A stretch of 64,000 nucleotides of DNA from Eledone cirrhosa (lineage: Eukaryota). Below are positions 1 through 15,745 of the stretch, piece after piece. The notes beneath the pieces were generated by a model. That model saw only the letters and a list, made by a program, of their open reading frames with translations. It made no database searches and was not told the origin of the DNA. The stretch spans positions 346,146,001-346,210,000 of the forward strand of contig OZ024743.1 of the NCBI GenBank assembly GCA_964016885.1, read 5' to 3'. Position numbers and translations under genes: made by a program. Positions within the stretch are counted from its first letter, which is position 1. Every line of letters begins with the position of its first letter.

Positions 1-367
1 TGCATTAACACCATAAACATGGTCTTGTCTTTGCATGAAATTGTTCTTCTCGGTCCACATAACGACGTATTATCCTCGCTTTTTTTTCGTTCATTACCAG
101 GGAACGTCTTCACGAACCAAAATATCGTCTTCCTGTTTTCCTTCGGTTGCAACGTTTCTCGAAATATTTAATTCTGCGTTCACAGATTGAATTTATTAGT
201 TTAAGAAGATCCCGTTAATGTTGAAAGCAGCGATTCTTTGCTTAAACTTTCTTTCTTTCTCAACCCTTCTCCCTTTTTTCTCATATCGTCTCTCTCTCTT
301 TCTCTCTCTCTCTCACTCATATCCCTATCTCTCACTTCCTCTACAGAATGGAGAACAAAAAAGAACG

Positions 368-449
<82 letters not shown>

Positions 450-539
450 TATCTTGTACCTCTCTCTGTATAACGACATATCTCACTCTTTCTCTACATC
501 TCCCTTTCTCTCTTTAGATGTATATGTATATGTACGTAT

Positions 540-644
<105 letters not shown>

Positions 645-946
645 TAATATATATATAGAGAGAGAGAGAGAGTTGCAACCTGTATGTAGTTTCATAGATT
701 TTTGAGGGTAGTGAGAATGAAAATATAAACAGAGCATATAAATAAATTTACAATAGAATAACATAACAAATATATTTTAAATATATACATAAATAACATT
801 ACAAATGCCTCGGTATCACTACAAAGGATGATACAATGAAAGATATATTCCTTCAATGCTACAATATTAAAGAAAATGTAAAGGAAGAGTTGAACAAGGA
901 CAGCAACGTCGCGTGTGCTGGGCAACCTCTCTAATGATTTTTGAGG

Positions 947-1402
947 CAAGCCAGCATACTCGCAACGTTGTCTCGGGTGATGGCGAGGCTGATGCTCTGA
1001 AATATTGTTTTAAAAGACCTTTTAATGGAAATTAAGCAAACTGGGGGCTTAATGTTGAAACTTCGTACTCATGAATTTTGCAGGTTAAAACTGTTCGCGT
1101 ATTTTTGTACGTTTGCACATTTATTCGTAACGTAAATAGATAAACAAATGACGCCCTAAAAGGGAAATAACTCGTCTCTCATCTCTATTTACACATTTGA
1201 ACTGAAAAATCAATACATTACAAATTCTATTTTTGCACTTGGCGTGGGTCAATTTGAAAATGATTTTGCCCGATATCCCCGCCGGACCTTCATCTATAAG
1301 TGTAGTAAATTCACCGAAATTTGAACGTACGGTTTAGGAGGAGATGTGTGCCGACTGTTTTAGTAGACAGACAGACATACAACCTCAGTTTATTTATATA
1401 GA
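947..1402 (-). mobile_element. Non-autonomous Helitron-like element
   Basis: The minus strand begins TCTATATAAATAAA...TGTCTGTCT, with an imperfect 3' hairpin at 958-978; the terminal CTTG deviates from CTRR. Confidence 0.5.
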
Positions 1403-1747
1403 TAAGACTACATTGCGTATAAGACTACACAGAGTTTCATTTTGTCTTAGGATTGTAAATTGTGCGATATTTATAGCAGGTCCACAGATCTTAGTGGGGG
1501 TGCCTCACAGTCATTGTACACGTCTATTTTGTCCTTTGGAAAATCACGTGAATGAGCTAAGTCTTGCATTTATGAAGATATATATTACGAATCAGAATAA
1601 CCCACAGAAATAAAATATGCACAAACTCCAACACATACAAACACTTAAACGTAAGTCTTATACCTGGAGGTAAACATGGCTAGACAAACATATAACCTAA
1701 ACACGAACATACACACACAAAAACACATCTGTAAATACACATGAATG

Positions 1748-1780
<33 letters not shown>

Positions 1781-1999
1781 GTATTGTGTGTATGTGTATA
1801 TGTATTCTACGTAAACAAAAAATACAGTAAACACAACAGAACCAATAGCTAGAATGACAAAACTAAAGGCAACTTACAGCTGTGTAAGCAAATAAATAGA
1901 GGAATTGGCAGAGAAATTTTCTATTTTCTCACATCTTAAAACTAATATGTGTGTCTCTCTCCTTGTACACGAACACACAATCATCATACCCTTAGTAAA

Positions 2000-2685
<686 letters not shown>

Positions 2686-2989
2686 ATGTGTGTGGAGGCG
2701 TGTGAAACTTAATACGCCGAATGAGGTGGTATGGTGGTGTAAACAACTGCTGTTAGATAGACCTTTAATCTCCATATTCTACTGCAGCACACTTCCTCAT
2801 CAGAGATATTCTACACATATGTATATCTGCTCGGCTAAGGGTGGCAATGAAATCCAAGCTTGAAATTCTAGAGCGACCGATATGTTTTTCCAAATCCTTG
2901 TCATACTTCTCTTTGGACGCAGCATATGCTTTTATTTTTTTATATACGTGCAAGAGAGTAAGTGTGTATATATATATATATATATATAA

Positions 2990-3188
2990 AAATTAATATA
3001 TCTATAACATATATATATACAGATGCATACTTATGCTAGCAAATATATAGGTTTTGCTTTAGTAACTTTGTGGTTCAATGCATGGGGATGCAGAACAATA
3101 ATATGAGAGACGTAAAAGAAGAAAATTATAGATTTAACTTACTTACTAAAATCTTAGTAAGTTAATTTTATAATTTTCTTATTTTACG

Positions 3189-3198
<10 letters not shown>
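2990..3198. repeat. Fold-back remnant of the 522-bp element family
   Basis: Hairpin 3103-3198 plus a left extension matching 33058-33175 in reverse. Confidence 0.75.
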
Positions 3199-3257
<59 letters not shown>

Positions 3258-3435
3258 ATATATATAGGCTGTGAGGTCGATTCCTGGACCGAGCGATGCG
3301 TTATGTCCTTGAGCAAGACACTTTATTTCACGTTGCTCCTTCTACCTGGAGTTGTGACCGATAGATAGTACTAGCAACTGGAAAGACCAACGGAAACATT
3401 GTTTTCTCGGTCCGATTTGACGAAAGTCGATCGAT

Positions 3436-3502
<67 letters not shown>

Positions 3503-3955
3503 CGTGTGTGTGTGCGTGCGTGCATGTCCGTATTGATGTAGCATTAGCGAGAATATATATCTCATATTTGACAAGTACACTTTTCAAAGCTTAATCCAAA
3601 GCTTATGAATTAATTTCATTACACAGATACTGTTCGGAAGCAGTTTAAATTGACTGTACCTGTAATTCAAAGGTCCACCTTTGTTGCACTGAGTGTCGCC
3701 TTAAGAATTTCGTTAATAGTATATATGTGCGTGGTGTTTTGCATATGTATTCACTAATCACAGAGCATACGTTGAAACCTCTAGGTCCGGGGCACCTATT
3801 GGTGTGTTTACGCACAACACCGTTTATTCCACCATGTAACGTATTGTTACCATTCTGATATGCAAATTCGAATTACAACATAAGATGCTTTGTAAAATCA
3901 TTGAGTGAATGGTAAAGGGCGTTCTGGGAAAAATTCAATTTGCCTGTCTCTTTAA

Positions 3956-4009
<54 letters not shown>

Positions 4010-4010
4010 T

Positions 4011-4683
4011 ATATCATAAAACATGTCTATAGAATCACAAGATAAAATATAAACTATTTCCACTCCCAATTAGCATAATTAACTATATAAGAAATCGAAT
4101 AGACCAGGCTATACGAATGAGGCTTCTATGAAGGAATCTCCGACAAATAACCGAAAGTAGCGCTTCGCGTCGGCCGTAGCGGAATATTTATCGAATATTT
4201 CGACAGCGTAATCGCCTAGATATAGTCAACTAAACAGAATTAGGTTTAAAATAAACAAGGAGATAATAGAATACATTTAAATACCTCTACCATGGTTTCG
4301 TCCGTGTTTTGAGTTTTCCAATAATTATGTAATAATTATATAAACTCGAGCGCCGGATTCTTCAGGAAGCTCGCTCATATCTACAGATTAAATTTTCCAA
4401 AACGATCGCGCCAAGAATTCATTGCAAAATGGCTAAAAATCGTGACGTAGTCGCGGTCAAGTTGGAAGGGGTGTGGTAGTTGCTTACGACTGGTGGCATT
4501 TTTGCTAGAAAGCACAGCACAATACAGGCAAATTTGTATCTCAACCTAGTGGGAGATTATTACATATAAAAGTTTACATATATATATACATACACATACA
4601 TATACGTGTTTTGCAACTGGTCACTTTGAGGCTCAATGAAAAATTAACAAGTTAAACATTCTATAGACATGTTTTATGATATA
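4011..4683 (-). mobile_element. Non-coding element with ~25-bp inverted ends and an internal hammerhead (4283-4370, minus)
   Basis: ATATCATAAAACATGTCTATAGAAT / ATTCTATAGACATGTTTTATGATAT ends. The minus strand reads GCTTC-CTGAAGA-aTCCG...CGGAc-GAAA-CCATGG-TA-GAGGT. Confidence 0.72.
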
Positions 4684-4850
4684 TAGCTCTGATTGTTTAA
4701 TTTATTAATTTTTATATGTATATAAATATATATATATATATACAGGGTGTACCCCAATATGCACACTTTTACAGCCTTTTATTATATTTATGTATGCATA
4801 ATTTGGGAACAGCCTTTATATATATATATAGTGTAGGTCATTCAGTGTAT

Positions 4851-5255
4851 TACTGATAATTGTTTCTACATTTGACACAAGGCCAGCAATTACCCAGTGT
4901 ATTACTGGTACTTTATTTTATCGACCCCGTAAGGATGAAAGGCAAAGTTAACCTCGACGGGATTTGTACCCAGACCGTAAAGAGATGTAACTATGCTGGA
5001 AAGCATGGCGTCCGACCCTCTACCGATATTGCCAACCCACTACTGATAATTGTTTCTACTTTTGGCACAAGGCCAGCAATTAGCAATGCATTACTGGTAC
5101 TTTATTCTATCGACCCCGGAAGGATTAAAGGCAAAGTTAACCTCGGCGGGATTTGAACTCAGATCATACAGGGAGGTAACTCTATGCTTCAAAGCATGGC
5201 ATCCAATCCTCTACCGATACTGCCAATCCACCGGCTTATAACCCACTACTGATAA
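4851..5255 (-). mobile_element. Two tandem tRNA-derived SINE copies
   Basis: B-box GAGTTCAAATCC and core GCCTTTCATCCTTACGGGGTCGATAAAATAAAGTACCAG (Meta-domain-like); the spacer (CCCAC)TACTGATAAT occurs three times. Confidence 0.85.
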
Positions 5256-5516
5256 TGGTACCAAGACAAGCACCCTATGCACAGGCAGAGTGTATATTTT
5301 AGTAAAACGCCAGACTGAAGTGCGGATCGATAATGGAGTCGGGTCCATAACTTCTATGAGTGACCTTGACCCAATCCTATGCGAAACGCGCGTAACAGGT
5401 CGATAAACAATAACGATCTAATACATTTAAACAAAGATTCCCCGTTTTTCTAATATATATACCTATATATATATATATACGTTTATATATATATATATAT
5501 ATATAAACGTATGCGA

Positions 5517-5625
5517 GGGTAGGTATGTAGGTGTGTATAAATATTGTTGTATCATCCCCCTAACCACAAACATGCATGCGTACACTAACATGCACACACA
5601 CATACACACACGCACACACACACAC

Positions 5626-5700
<75 letters not shown>

Positions 5701-5790
5701 CGTATGCGTATGTGTGTGTGTATGTGTGTAGGCATGCATGTTTGTGATTAGGTGGATGGTACAATATATACACACCTACTTAGCTACCCA
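5517..5790. repeat. Diverged inverted repeat around a (CA)n-(TA)n-(TG)n centre
   Basis: 5517-5585 and 5726-5790 are imperfect reverse complements. Confidence 0.7.
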
Positions 5791-6306
5791 GTCACCTACC
5801 CCACAACGTATCACCAATTTCTTAAAACAACAACTCACTGTCCAACATGACACAAACCCTCTCCAAGTATATGTCATTTCACAAGGATCCAATTAGGACA
5901 CAAAATTTTTAAGAGGCATTCCACCTTGTCATTTATAAACATATTCACGAAAACGCACGTACACACACACACTTAGTTATAATTATGTACAATTGTATAG
6001 GTATGTATGTGTGTATATATTTATATGCATACACACACTTACATACATACATACATACATACATAAATATATACATACATTCATACATACATACATACAC
6101 ACACACATACATAGATACATAGATACATACATACATACATTCATACATACATTCATACATACACACACACATACATAGATACATACATACATATATTCAT
6201 TCATACATACATACGTACGTACCCTCGGATATATGTTCAAGCATATGTCTATGAACAAGTGTGTGAAAATGAATTACTGGGTCAAAATGTGTAGGAGCCT
6301 TCAATA

Positions 6307-6379
<73 letters not shown>

Positions 6380-6706
6380 ATATATATATATGTATATATA
6401 TATAATATATATATATACATATATAATGTATGTTAGTTTGCTTGCAGGAACGTTTGTCTTCTCATAATTGTGTATGTAATTATATCTTAAAGTGATGTAG
6501 AAGTGAATAAGTAAAAACATGGAGCGTAAGAAAAATACAACTGGGGTTTTAAAGGTAATTAAGGTACGCCACTTCTCCTTGTGTATAACACAATCAGATT
6601 CGTTAAGCTGGGCTAAATGCTTTGCTTTATTTAGTTATTGTTTCCTTAACCCTTAATCTACCTTCTGCGTTCAAATCACATCAGATTCGACTTTCAATCA
6701 TTGCGC

Positions 6707-7115
6707 TGCGGTAAGGATGAAAGGCAAAGTTAACCTTGGCAGTATTTGAACTGAGTTACCGCCCTTTGCATTCTGAGTTCAAATCCCGCCGAGGTTAACT
6801 TTGCCTTTCATCCTTACCGGGTCGACAAAATAAAGTACCAGTAATTCACTGGAATAATTGCTGGCCTTGTGCGAAAAGTATAAACAATTATTACTTGGCA
6901 GTATCGGTAGAGAGTCGGATGCCATGCTTTGTAGTATTGAGGTACGGCCCTTTATGATTTGAGTTCAGATCCCACCAAGTTAACTTTGGCTTTCATCCTC
7001 ACGGGTGGTTAAAATAAAGTATCAGACATGCACTGGGGTCGATTTAATCGACTTTCCTCCCCCCCCCCCCCTCCCAAATTGCTGGACTTTGCCTATATAA
7101 GAAACCATTATTACT
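6707..7115 (+). mobile_element. SINE cluster: short inverted piece (6707-6755) followed by two tandem copies
   Basis: Same core as 4851-5255. Confidence 0.8.
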
Positions 7116-7952
7116 ATTATTAAATTAAGATTGTTTATCGTTTCTTGAAATCTCTGCAACTTAATGATAAATTTAGAAGTACGACAGGAATAAATACACA
7201 TAAATCTACTTTTGGTAAGGGCGTTGGACAATTTCATTGAATGATTTTTCCTGCTCTTTTTGGTTCATGTTCAAAACGTACTGAGCTTTATTTTGACTTT
7301 TATGTTTCCGAGGCCGTTAAAATATGTTATCAATTAAGTGCTGGAGTTGATTTAATCGAATATCCAGTTTCTCTAATCTTTCTGGGCCGATGACAATATT
7401 AGGAATAATTATTTAATTACGTATTTCTACATTTTGTAGTCACCCCCGATGTCAATCTTGCTTTTCATCATTCCATCTTCAATAACATGATTTCCCGTCA
7501 GGTACCATGGTACATTAATTCGTCTAAACACTGTAACAAAATGGAACGGCTTCTAATCTTTTTCAAACAGAATGCATGACATACTCAGTCTATCATAGTA
7601 CATCAATTTTACAAGAGTCAAAGAATCTGGCAAAATACATAGCGTTACATCATTATGAACACAAACTTCATTGCATTGAGAGCTCAAATCTCACTGAAGT
7701 CAACTTTGATTTTCATCTTTATGAAGTGGTTGAATATCGCATCAATCAAGGTTTTGTTCTTATGTGGTCATAGATGTTCGAATATGAAAACATCTGTACA
7801 TTGTTCAGGTCCTTTACATACTCAGTTCACACCCCAAATGACCAACTTGTGAGGTGCAATTGTTCTAAGACCTGACCTCCTCTTCCTGACAAGGCAGTAC
7901 ACACTCACAGACACCCCCCACACACACACACATATACACACACACACATATA

Positions 7953-8047
<95 letters not shown>

Positions 8048-8750
8048 GTTAGGAACGGGGCGAGCGAAGTTTACGATTGAAATAGGAAGTCACCGTAATA
8101 TTTTTGTTATAATATAATTTCAGTATACGCTTCATAAACGGAAATGATACACATATATTTCCATTGCGTCGGTTTATATGCCCCATACAATTTGATTTCA
8201 AATCCCGCCGAGGTTGACTTTGCCTTTCATCTTTACGGGGTCGATAAAATAAAGTACCAGTAATGCACTGGGTAATTGCTGGCCTTGTGCCTAAAGTAGA
8301 AACAATTATTAGACCAGATAATATAATCGAAAATAATTCGGTGATTTCTATTTGTATTTCAATTCTAAATATTTCATTTTTGTATTGCAACCTTCTTGAT
8401 GTGAAATCGTGTGTTGAACAGATATTGAGGACCTTTAGGAGGGTCATGCTGTCAATGAAACACACATGCCCAGACGAAACACACATTTTAAAAACAAAAT
8501 ATGGCGTAGATTGAGCGAGATTAGAAAAAATGGCGAGATAGAGGAGAAAGAATAGTCATTGATAAGTGTACAAGATCGATGTAATAAAAGAAATTGTGAT
8601 GAAGTAAAGAAAACACTATTTGCTAAACTAACCGAAGAATGGATTACTTACTCAACTAATAACTAACAAAAGTGAAACTGTACAGTGTGTGTGAGTTTTT
8701 GACAGCATGACACTGCCAAAATATAACACACCCGCACACATATTTGTATG

Positions 8751-8853
<103 letters not shown>

Positions 8854-8862
8854 TATGTATGA

Positions 8863-8913
<51 letters not shown>

Positions 8914-8943
8914 TAATATACATATATATTTATATATATTATT

Positions 8944-9063
<120 letters not shown>

Positions 9064-9184
9064 CATACTGTAAATATATATATATATATATATATAGTAA
9101 TAATAATAAATTTGAAACTAAAATCCAAAGAGGGCTCGATAGGGATAAATATATATCAAATATATAAGAACCGTAGAGCAAATA

Positions 9185-9307
9185 TTTATTAAAATAACAG
9201 ATTAAAGTTTAAGCAAAGAATCGCTGCTTTCACCCTTAACGGGATCTTCTAAAACTAACAAAGGGTGAAAGCACCGATTCTTTGCTTAAACTTTAATTTG
9301 TTATTTT

Positions 9308-9314
<7 letters not shown>
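9185..9314. repeat. ~52-bp-arm palindrome of an HHR-like PLE tail family (single arms also at 196-250 and 38500-38573)
   Basis: Near-perfect inverted repeat. The arm contains (C/T/A)AGAAGA-tCCC GTTAA GGGt-GAAA. Confidence 0.75.
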
Positions 9315-9405
<91 letters not shown>

Positions 9406-9558
9406 CGAAGGAAATGTGGTAAGGAACGAAACGGACCTTAACGCACCAAAGTACTCAATGCTTAGGGTAGTAGAGTGGGTAAATTTTTTTAGTCCAGAAT
9501 TAGCCGTCGAAACGGCTTCAGCTCAGCCGTCGGGGCCCTACTCGTTCCTATATATATA

Positions 9559-9687
<129 letters not shown>

Positions 9688-10071
9688 TGTGTGTGTGTGT
9701 GTGTGTGTCTGTGTGTGTGTGTGTGTGTGTGCCTGTGTACGGATTTATACTTGTGTGAATTTGTATATGTGAATACTCTGACACTTCATCATAAAGCTAA
9801 AGTTACCAATGTTGAATGAAATATATGAAAATAGATGATTTCAGCTACTAAGTATAACAGTGTCAAGCATGCCCCACCAGCCTTCAAACCAACCGTCCAT
9901 GTACGCTATAAACAATTTCTTCTGTTTCTACCACACACATTATGTTTTTACTTCATCCTTTAATTCTCCTATGTTGCCATCTAAAAAGAAATGAAAGAAA
10001 ACGTTTTCTTTGAAAATATACATAAATCATATAATGTTAAGACGCGTACATATAAATATATATATATATAT

Positions 10072-10281
<210 letters not shown>

Positions 10282-10421
10282 GTATATATATATATTTATA
10301 TATATATCTTTATATATATATATATATATCTTTATGTATATATATATATATATATATATCTTTATATATATATATATCTATATATATATATATCTTTATA
10401 TATATATATTTATATATATAT

Positions 10422-10481
<60 letters not shown>

Positions 10482-10882
10482 ATATATGTATATATATGAA
10501 TGATTGTTTAATTATAGATGTTAGTATACTCCATAGTTTTCAAATATACTTCATCATGAAACGTTTGTGATTGTCTACGTTACGATGTTTCCTGACACTA
10601 TAATTGATGCAGGCATGGTTGTTATTCTTGTTAGTGTTGTTGGAGTGAATTGTCTTCTCAACCATGACATATATACAACACACAGACACTCACAAATACA
10701 CACACCCAAACACACTGACACTTACACAAACACTCATTAGACACACGTATTTATATATCTATGTATATATATTTACAGCTACGACTGTACATGTATGTAT
10801 GTACGTATGTAGGAATGTATGCATGTATGTATTAATGTATATCCATACATACATATATACATATATGTATATATATGTTTAT

Positions 10883-11054
10883 AAGGTAAGTTATTCCGGG
10901 TTGAATCGTAGGTAACCACCGTAAGTAAGGTACTCAATACATAGCAGAGTAAAAAAAATTTAATATAGATGAGATTCTACAGGACTAGAACTGTTTCATT
11001 CTTTAGAAATCATCAGGATTCCTGATGAAGCAGTTCTAGTCCTGTAGAATCTCA

Positions 11055-11060
<6 letters not shown>
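10883..11060. repeat. Fold-back PLE-tail element centred on a hammerhead core
   Basis: Hairpin 10965-11060 with centre CATCAGG-ATT-CCTGATG. The minus strand reads CTGATGA-tTTC TAAA GAAt-GAAA. Confidence 0.75.
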
Positions 11061-11136
<76 letters not shown>

Positions 11137-11157
11137 AATATAAATGTATATTATATA

Positions 11158-11274
<117 letters not shown>

Positions 11275-12117
11275 TATATATATATAATTTATTCAAACCT
11301 GACCCTGCGTGAACCGGTAATCATTCCTCTCACACACATTTTCTGTTTTTCTATCATTCTCATTTTCCGTCTCTCTTCCTTCGTATATATAAATATGTAT
11401 ACGTAAAAAATTGTATTCTGGTGTGTTGTGTATACTTCTGTCAGTGTGTGCATATGTTATGTGTGAGTGTGTGTATGTATATGTTCGCGTGTGTGTTCCT
11501 GTGTTTGTATGGGTGTGTGTGAGTATGTGTGTGTTCCTGGGTTTCTGGGTTTTTGTTTGTATGTTTGTGTATGTATATTGTTTAAATCTTATGAGTACAT
11601 GCTTTACGAGATCGTAATTTTTTCAGCCAATTTTCTTTTTGAATTTTGTTTCTGTTTGTTTAAGTATTTTATTTCTAGCTATGTTTACTCAATAGTCCCA
11701 GCCAGGCTTTCAGAATGGATGAGAGTTATACGAGAAATATGCTAAAGCCATCTCACTAGCGACACCTACAATTTGACCGTTTTTAATTTCACAAACACCT
11801 GTTTTACTAAATTAATCACTTTGTCTTAAAGAATGCCAAAAAGAAAATTGCTTTCCCAGACCAACTGGTAACAGGCTACAAGTTTTATAGTTCTTTTTAT
11901 ATTTATGTTTGTATGTATATATGTATGAATGTATGTATGTATATATGTATGTATGTACGTATGTATATATGTATGTATATACATGTATGTATGTATCTAT
12001 GTATATATGAATGCATGTATGTGTGTGTATGTGTATGTATGTATACAAGCACGTAAGAATATATGTATGCATGTGTGCACGCATGTTTACATTACATACT
12101 TGTAGGCTATATATATA

Positions 12118-12213
<96 letters not shown>

Positions 12214-12220
12214 TTTTTTT

Positions 12221-14163
12221 CGGGGCAACTACCTTCTCCAATGCCTGGTTACAGAACCCCAGGATGATATCATCAAAATCACACCTCTTCAACACTCTGA
12301 TGCCACTCCATCTTCTCCATGAGCCTTGCCCTCCTTGATCTTCTTCTTGGCTCTCTGAAGCTCCTCGCTGGTGAAGGGCTGTGTCTCAATATCCAGTTCT
12401 TCAAACAGCCGTCTGATCTCCCCAGTGCTCTGGGCCGTATAGGGTGGCTCTCCTAGTAGGGTCCTAAAATGGTCTAGCCATTTCCCCCTCCTATCCTCGT
12501 GCCCTGTTCCCTGGATCTGACTCGAACACCTTCTCTTCCTCCCTATGATCTCGTTGATGATCATCCAGCTCTCCTTACATCCAGACCTGCCAACCCCTCT
12601 CTCCACACTTCTGATCTACTCTATCAGTGCCTCCTCTCTGGCCTCAGTGTAAGCGGTACAGAGTTCTTTCCTTATCACTTCCACATTCTCCTTCTTCTCC
12701 TCCGTAGGATCAGCATAGAATTGGTCCTTGGCAGCTTTCAGGTGTTCTCTGGCTGCACACACTTTTGGGTCTGCAGAGCTGACGTGCTCCCTTTTGTACT
12801 TTCTCCTCGGCACCAGGGTATCACTTGCTTCCGCCACTGCACTGGTGAAGTACCCGTACCTCCTCAGTCCATCCAATCTCTCTCTCCGCTGTCTCTCCAC
12901 ACAGAGCACTGAACTTGTTCCTCACTTCCACTGTGAACCTCTCCTGTAGCTTATCATCTTCCTTGAAAGCTCCCCAGTCATACATTGTTCTCTAGGATCG
13001 AACCTTGCTATTTCTTAAGCTCACCCGGACCTCACTCATAACAAGCCGGTCGGTCGTCACTACCCAGTGTACTGAAATAGTTGTATGGTTCTGTGTTCAG
13101 AACACTATTCCGCCACTTTTTCCTCACCAGAATGAAATCAATCTGGGACTTGGACAGGTGCATATCTGATATGTAGGTCCACATCTTCCCCGGATTCTTC
13201 CTAAACCTTAGGTTGGCCGCTATCAAGTTCTCTTCCAGCAGGGTGTCTCTCAGTAGTCTTCCATTTCGGTTTGTGTTGTTATGGAAGTGCCAGTAAGGAT
13301 CTTCACTGCCCTCCTTACTCAGATATGCATTGAAGTCCCCCAGAACAAGCAGGATGTTGTGTGTTTGTGTGGTGTTGACAGCTCTACACACCTCCTCATG
13401 GAACTCTTCCGCACTCACATCACTGTCTCCCTCGGTTGGACTATAGGCTGAGGTGACTGTCAGTCTTGGGTTTCCATTTAAGGTCACCCTCAACATTCGC
13501 GGGGTGATAGACATTATTTCCCTCACCAATATACTTTTTTTTGTGCTGAAAGCAAAACCCACTCCTCCTACTGCAGCATTGGTCATGTTCTTCACTGTCG
13601 ATGTGGTGATGGGCTCGCTCATCTTCCCAATCATCACACTCCTCACTGGCTCATCGTGTAGGATCCTGTGTTCTTGGACTGCAAGTATCTGTACACCAAT
13701 CTCCTCGAACAGATAACCCAACTCCTCTCTCTTCTCCAGCGTCCGAATAGTCCTCACATTCAAAGTGCCCATTTTGATGGCTCTTCTGCAGGACAAAACT
13801 CATTCTTTATATTTGTCTCAGAGACAGCTGATCCATCATCCACTGGCCCTCCCTGTGGCTCTAAGCCAGCAGAGTCATAACGACCAGACTGCTCCTTGAC
13901 AGTGTAGTTAGGGGCTCTAACCCTAGAGCTGTTAGATAGACTCTCCATATTTCTTTTCAATGGCTGACAATACCTTACCGGCGCCACTCGAATAAGGTTA
14001 TTATTTAACCCAAAAATGGGGCCCTAACAGGTACTATTACTCCGGGCCAGAGAAGACCTTAGAGTTATGACAACTAAGGAGTAACTCCACATTCCCCACA
14101 CTCCTGAACTCCCGAACTGGAGCCTTGCCACTGGATGTAGTTTAATGTCATACCCAGGACATT
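12221..14163 (-). mobile_element. RTE-type LINE 5' half (5' UTR, APE endonuclease, linker), decayed, inverted relative to its 3' half
   Basis: APE motifs GTLNVRT, LAVQEHR, AYSPT, LGDFNA, QIDFILV and LGSD. Continues to GKAHGEDG just before the RT; contains stops and frameshifts. Confidence 0.88.
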
Positions 14164-15035
14164 CGTAGTGGTCTATCGTATGCGCCTTGCACTGGAGAAA
14201 CACCAGGACTCTGGGTTTACTGTAACACCAGCTCAGAGCAGGAGAGTTAAGGCGAAAAAGATATTGGATGCTGAATTTTCCGACGACATAATTTTGGTGA
14301 CAAATAGAGTGAAGGAGGCAGAGGATTTGATGCAGGAATTTGACACTGTGTTGATGAGTGTGGGGCTGAGAATGAATGAGACAAAATGTCTGGTAGAGAA
14401 TGTTGAGAAGCCAGAGGGGATTACTAATGTAGGCGGGAAGCCGCTGGAATTAGTTGGACTTCCTGTATTTGGCAGCAAAGATTGGGAATACGGAAGATGA
14501 TGTGGTTGAGAGGAAGAGCAAAGCCTGGGCGGCGTGCCACAGTTTGAGATCGGTGTGGAAGTCAGACCTTCGTAAAGACATGAAGATCCGCCTCTGCATT
14601 GCTGTAGTGGAGTCTGTGCTGCTGTACGGGTCTGAGACTTGGACATTGACCAAGAAACTCACCCATATGGTGGATGGGTGCTACACGTGAATGCTGAGGA
14701 TGGCTCTGAACATTAATCAGTATACACTGAGGATGAAAAACTCAGGACTGTATGGGAGCATCCCAAAAGTCAGCTAAAAAGTGACACAGTGGAGACTGAG
14801 GTTAGCTGGACATGCTCACCGACATCCAGAGTTGACACTGCAGTCAGTGCTCCTGTGGGAGCCCCTGTATGGACACACTGGAAGAGGAAGACCAAGGTTA
14901 ACGTATGTTGATGCCCTAAGGGCAGACACTGGTCTGTTGGAGACGCAGGACATGGCAGCGATGATGAGAGACAGAGACCGCTGGAGAGAACTCATCCATG
15001 GATCTCGGGAATTTACCCGCACTAGATAGATAGAT
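14164..15035 (+). mobile_element. RTE-type LINE 3' half (RT C-terminus) ending in a (TAGA)n tail
   Basis: EFSDDIILV, DFLYL, VESVLLYGSETWTLT, RLRLAGH and GRPRLTYVD; short tandem-repeat tail right after the stop. Confidence 0.88.
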
Positions 15036-15349
15036 ATATACACACAGAAAAGAAGCAATGTTTAGACAAATCACAGAGGCAATAAACATAAATGAACTCC
15101 AACGAAAATTAAATAGAAAACATGAATGGAATAGCAACATCACAACTTATTAGGGAGAAAATGAAAACACACACACATAGAACAAACAACCAACCAGTAA
15201 CATGTAAATAAACAAATAAATAAACAAATAAAAACACACACAGACACCCGGATGTAACACATGCGCAAACTAAGCACACAACACACACAAAAACAAGTTG
15301 GCGTAGGACAGAACAAAGGAGAGGCACAAAACAAAGAAAAGAATCACCA

Positions 15350-15392
15350 GTCACTGAAGTGGTCACAGAATGTGTGACGAAAGAACTTTGAC
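15350..15392 (+). ncRNA. Variant minimal hammerhead (CTGAAGT core) in a probable PLE 3' remnant (~15040-15520)
   Basis: GTCA-CTGAAGT-gGTCACA GAATG TGTGAC-GAAA-GAAC-TT-TGAC. Confidence 0.6.
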
Positions 15393-15514
15393 AATATATG
15401 AACAACCGTCCGGAAATTTATAAATTTGTAAATTTACATTTAATTTATAATAAATTGGAGTGAAAGCAATTGGTGCGTGTGTTTCTTATTGGCAACATGA
15501 CCCTCCCAAAGTAT

Positions 15515-15553
<39 letters not shown>

Positions 15554-15745
15554 TAAATCTACCAAGAGTTTACGGTAGTGTCCAATCCGTATGAAGAACT
15601 CAATGTAATCCGGATATCATGGAAAGAAGAGATGCATTCAAAAATCACTTTCGGTGAAAGATAAACGGAATACAGAGTCAAGATAAAGTATTAAAAAAAT
15701 AATGAATAAAACAATGAAACAGTTCCTTATATTAAACAAAAAAAG

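Noticed and set aside
2760-2820. CTGATGA on the minus strand
   Set aside because: No matching GAAA, stem III or stem I found.
4742-4820. Tiny mariner-like TIR pair (TACAGGGTGT...)
   Set aside because: The right end is too degenerate to support.
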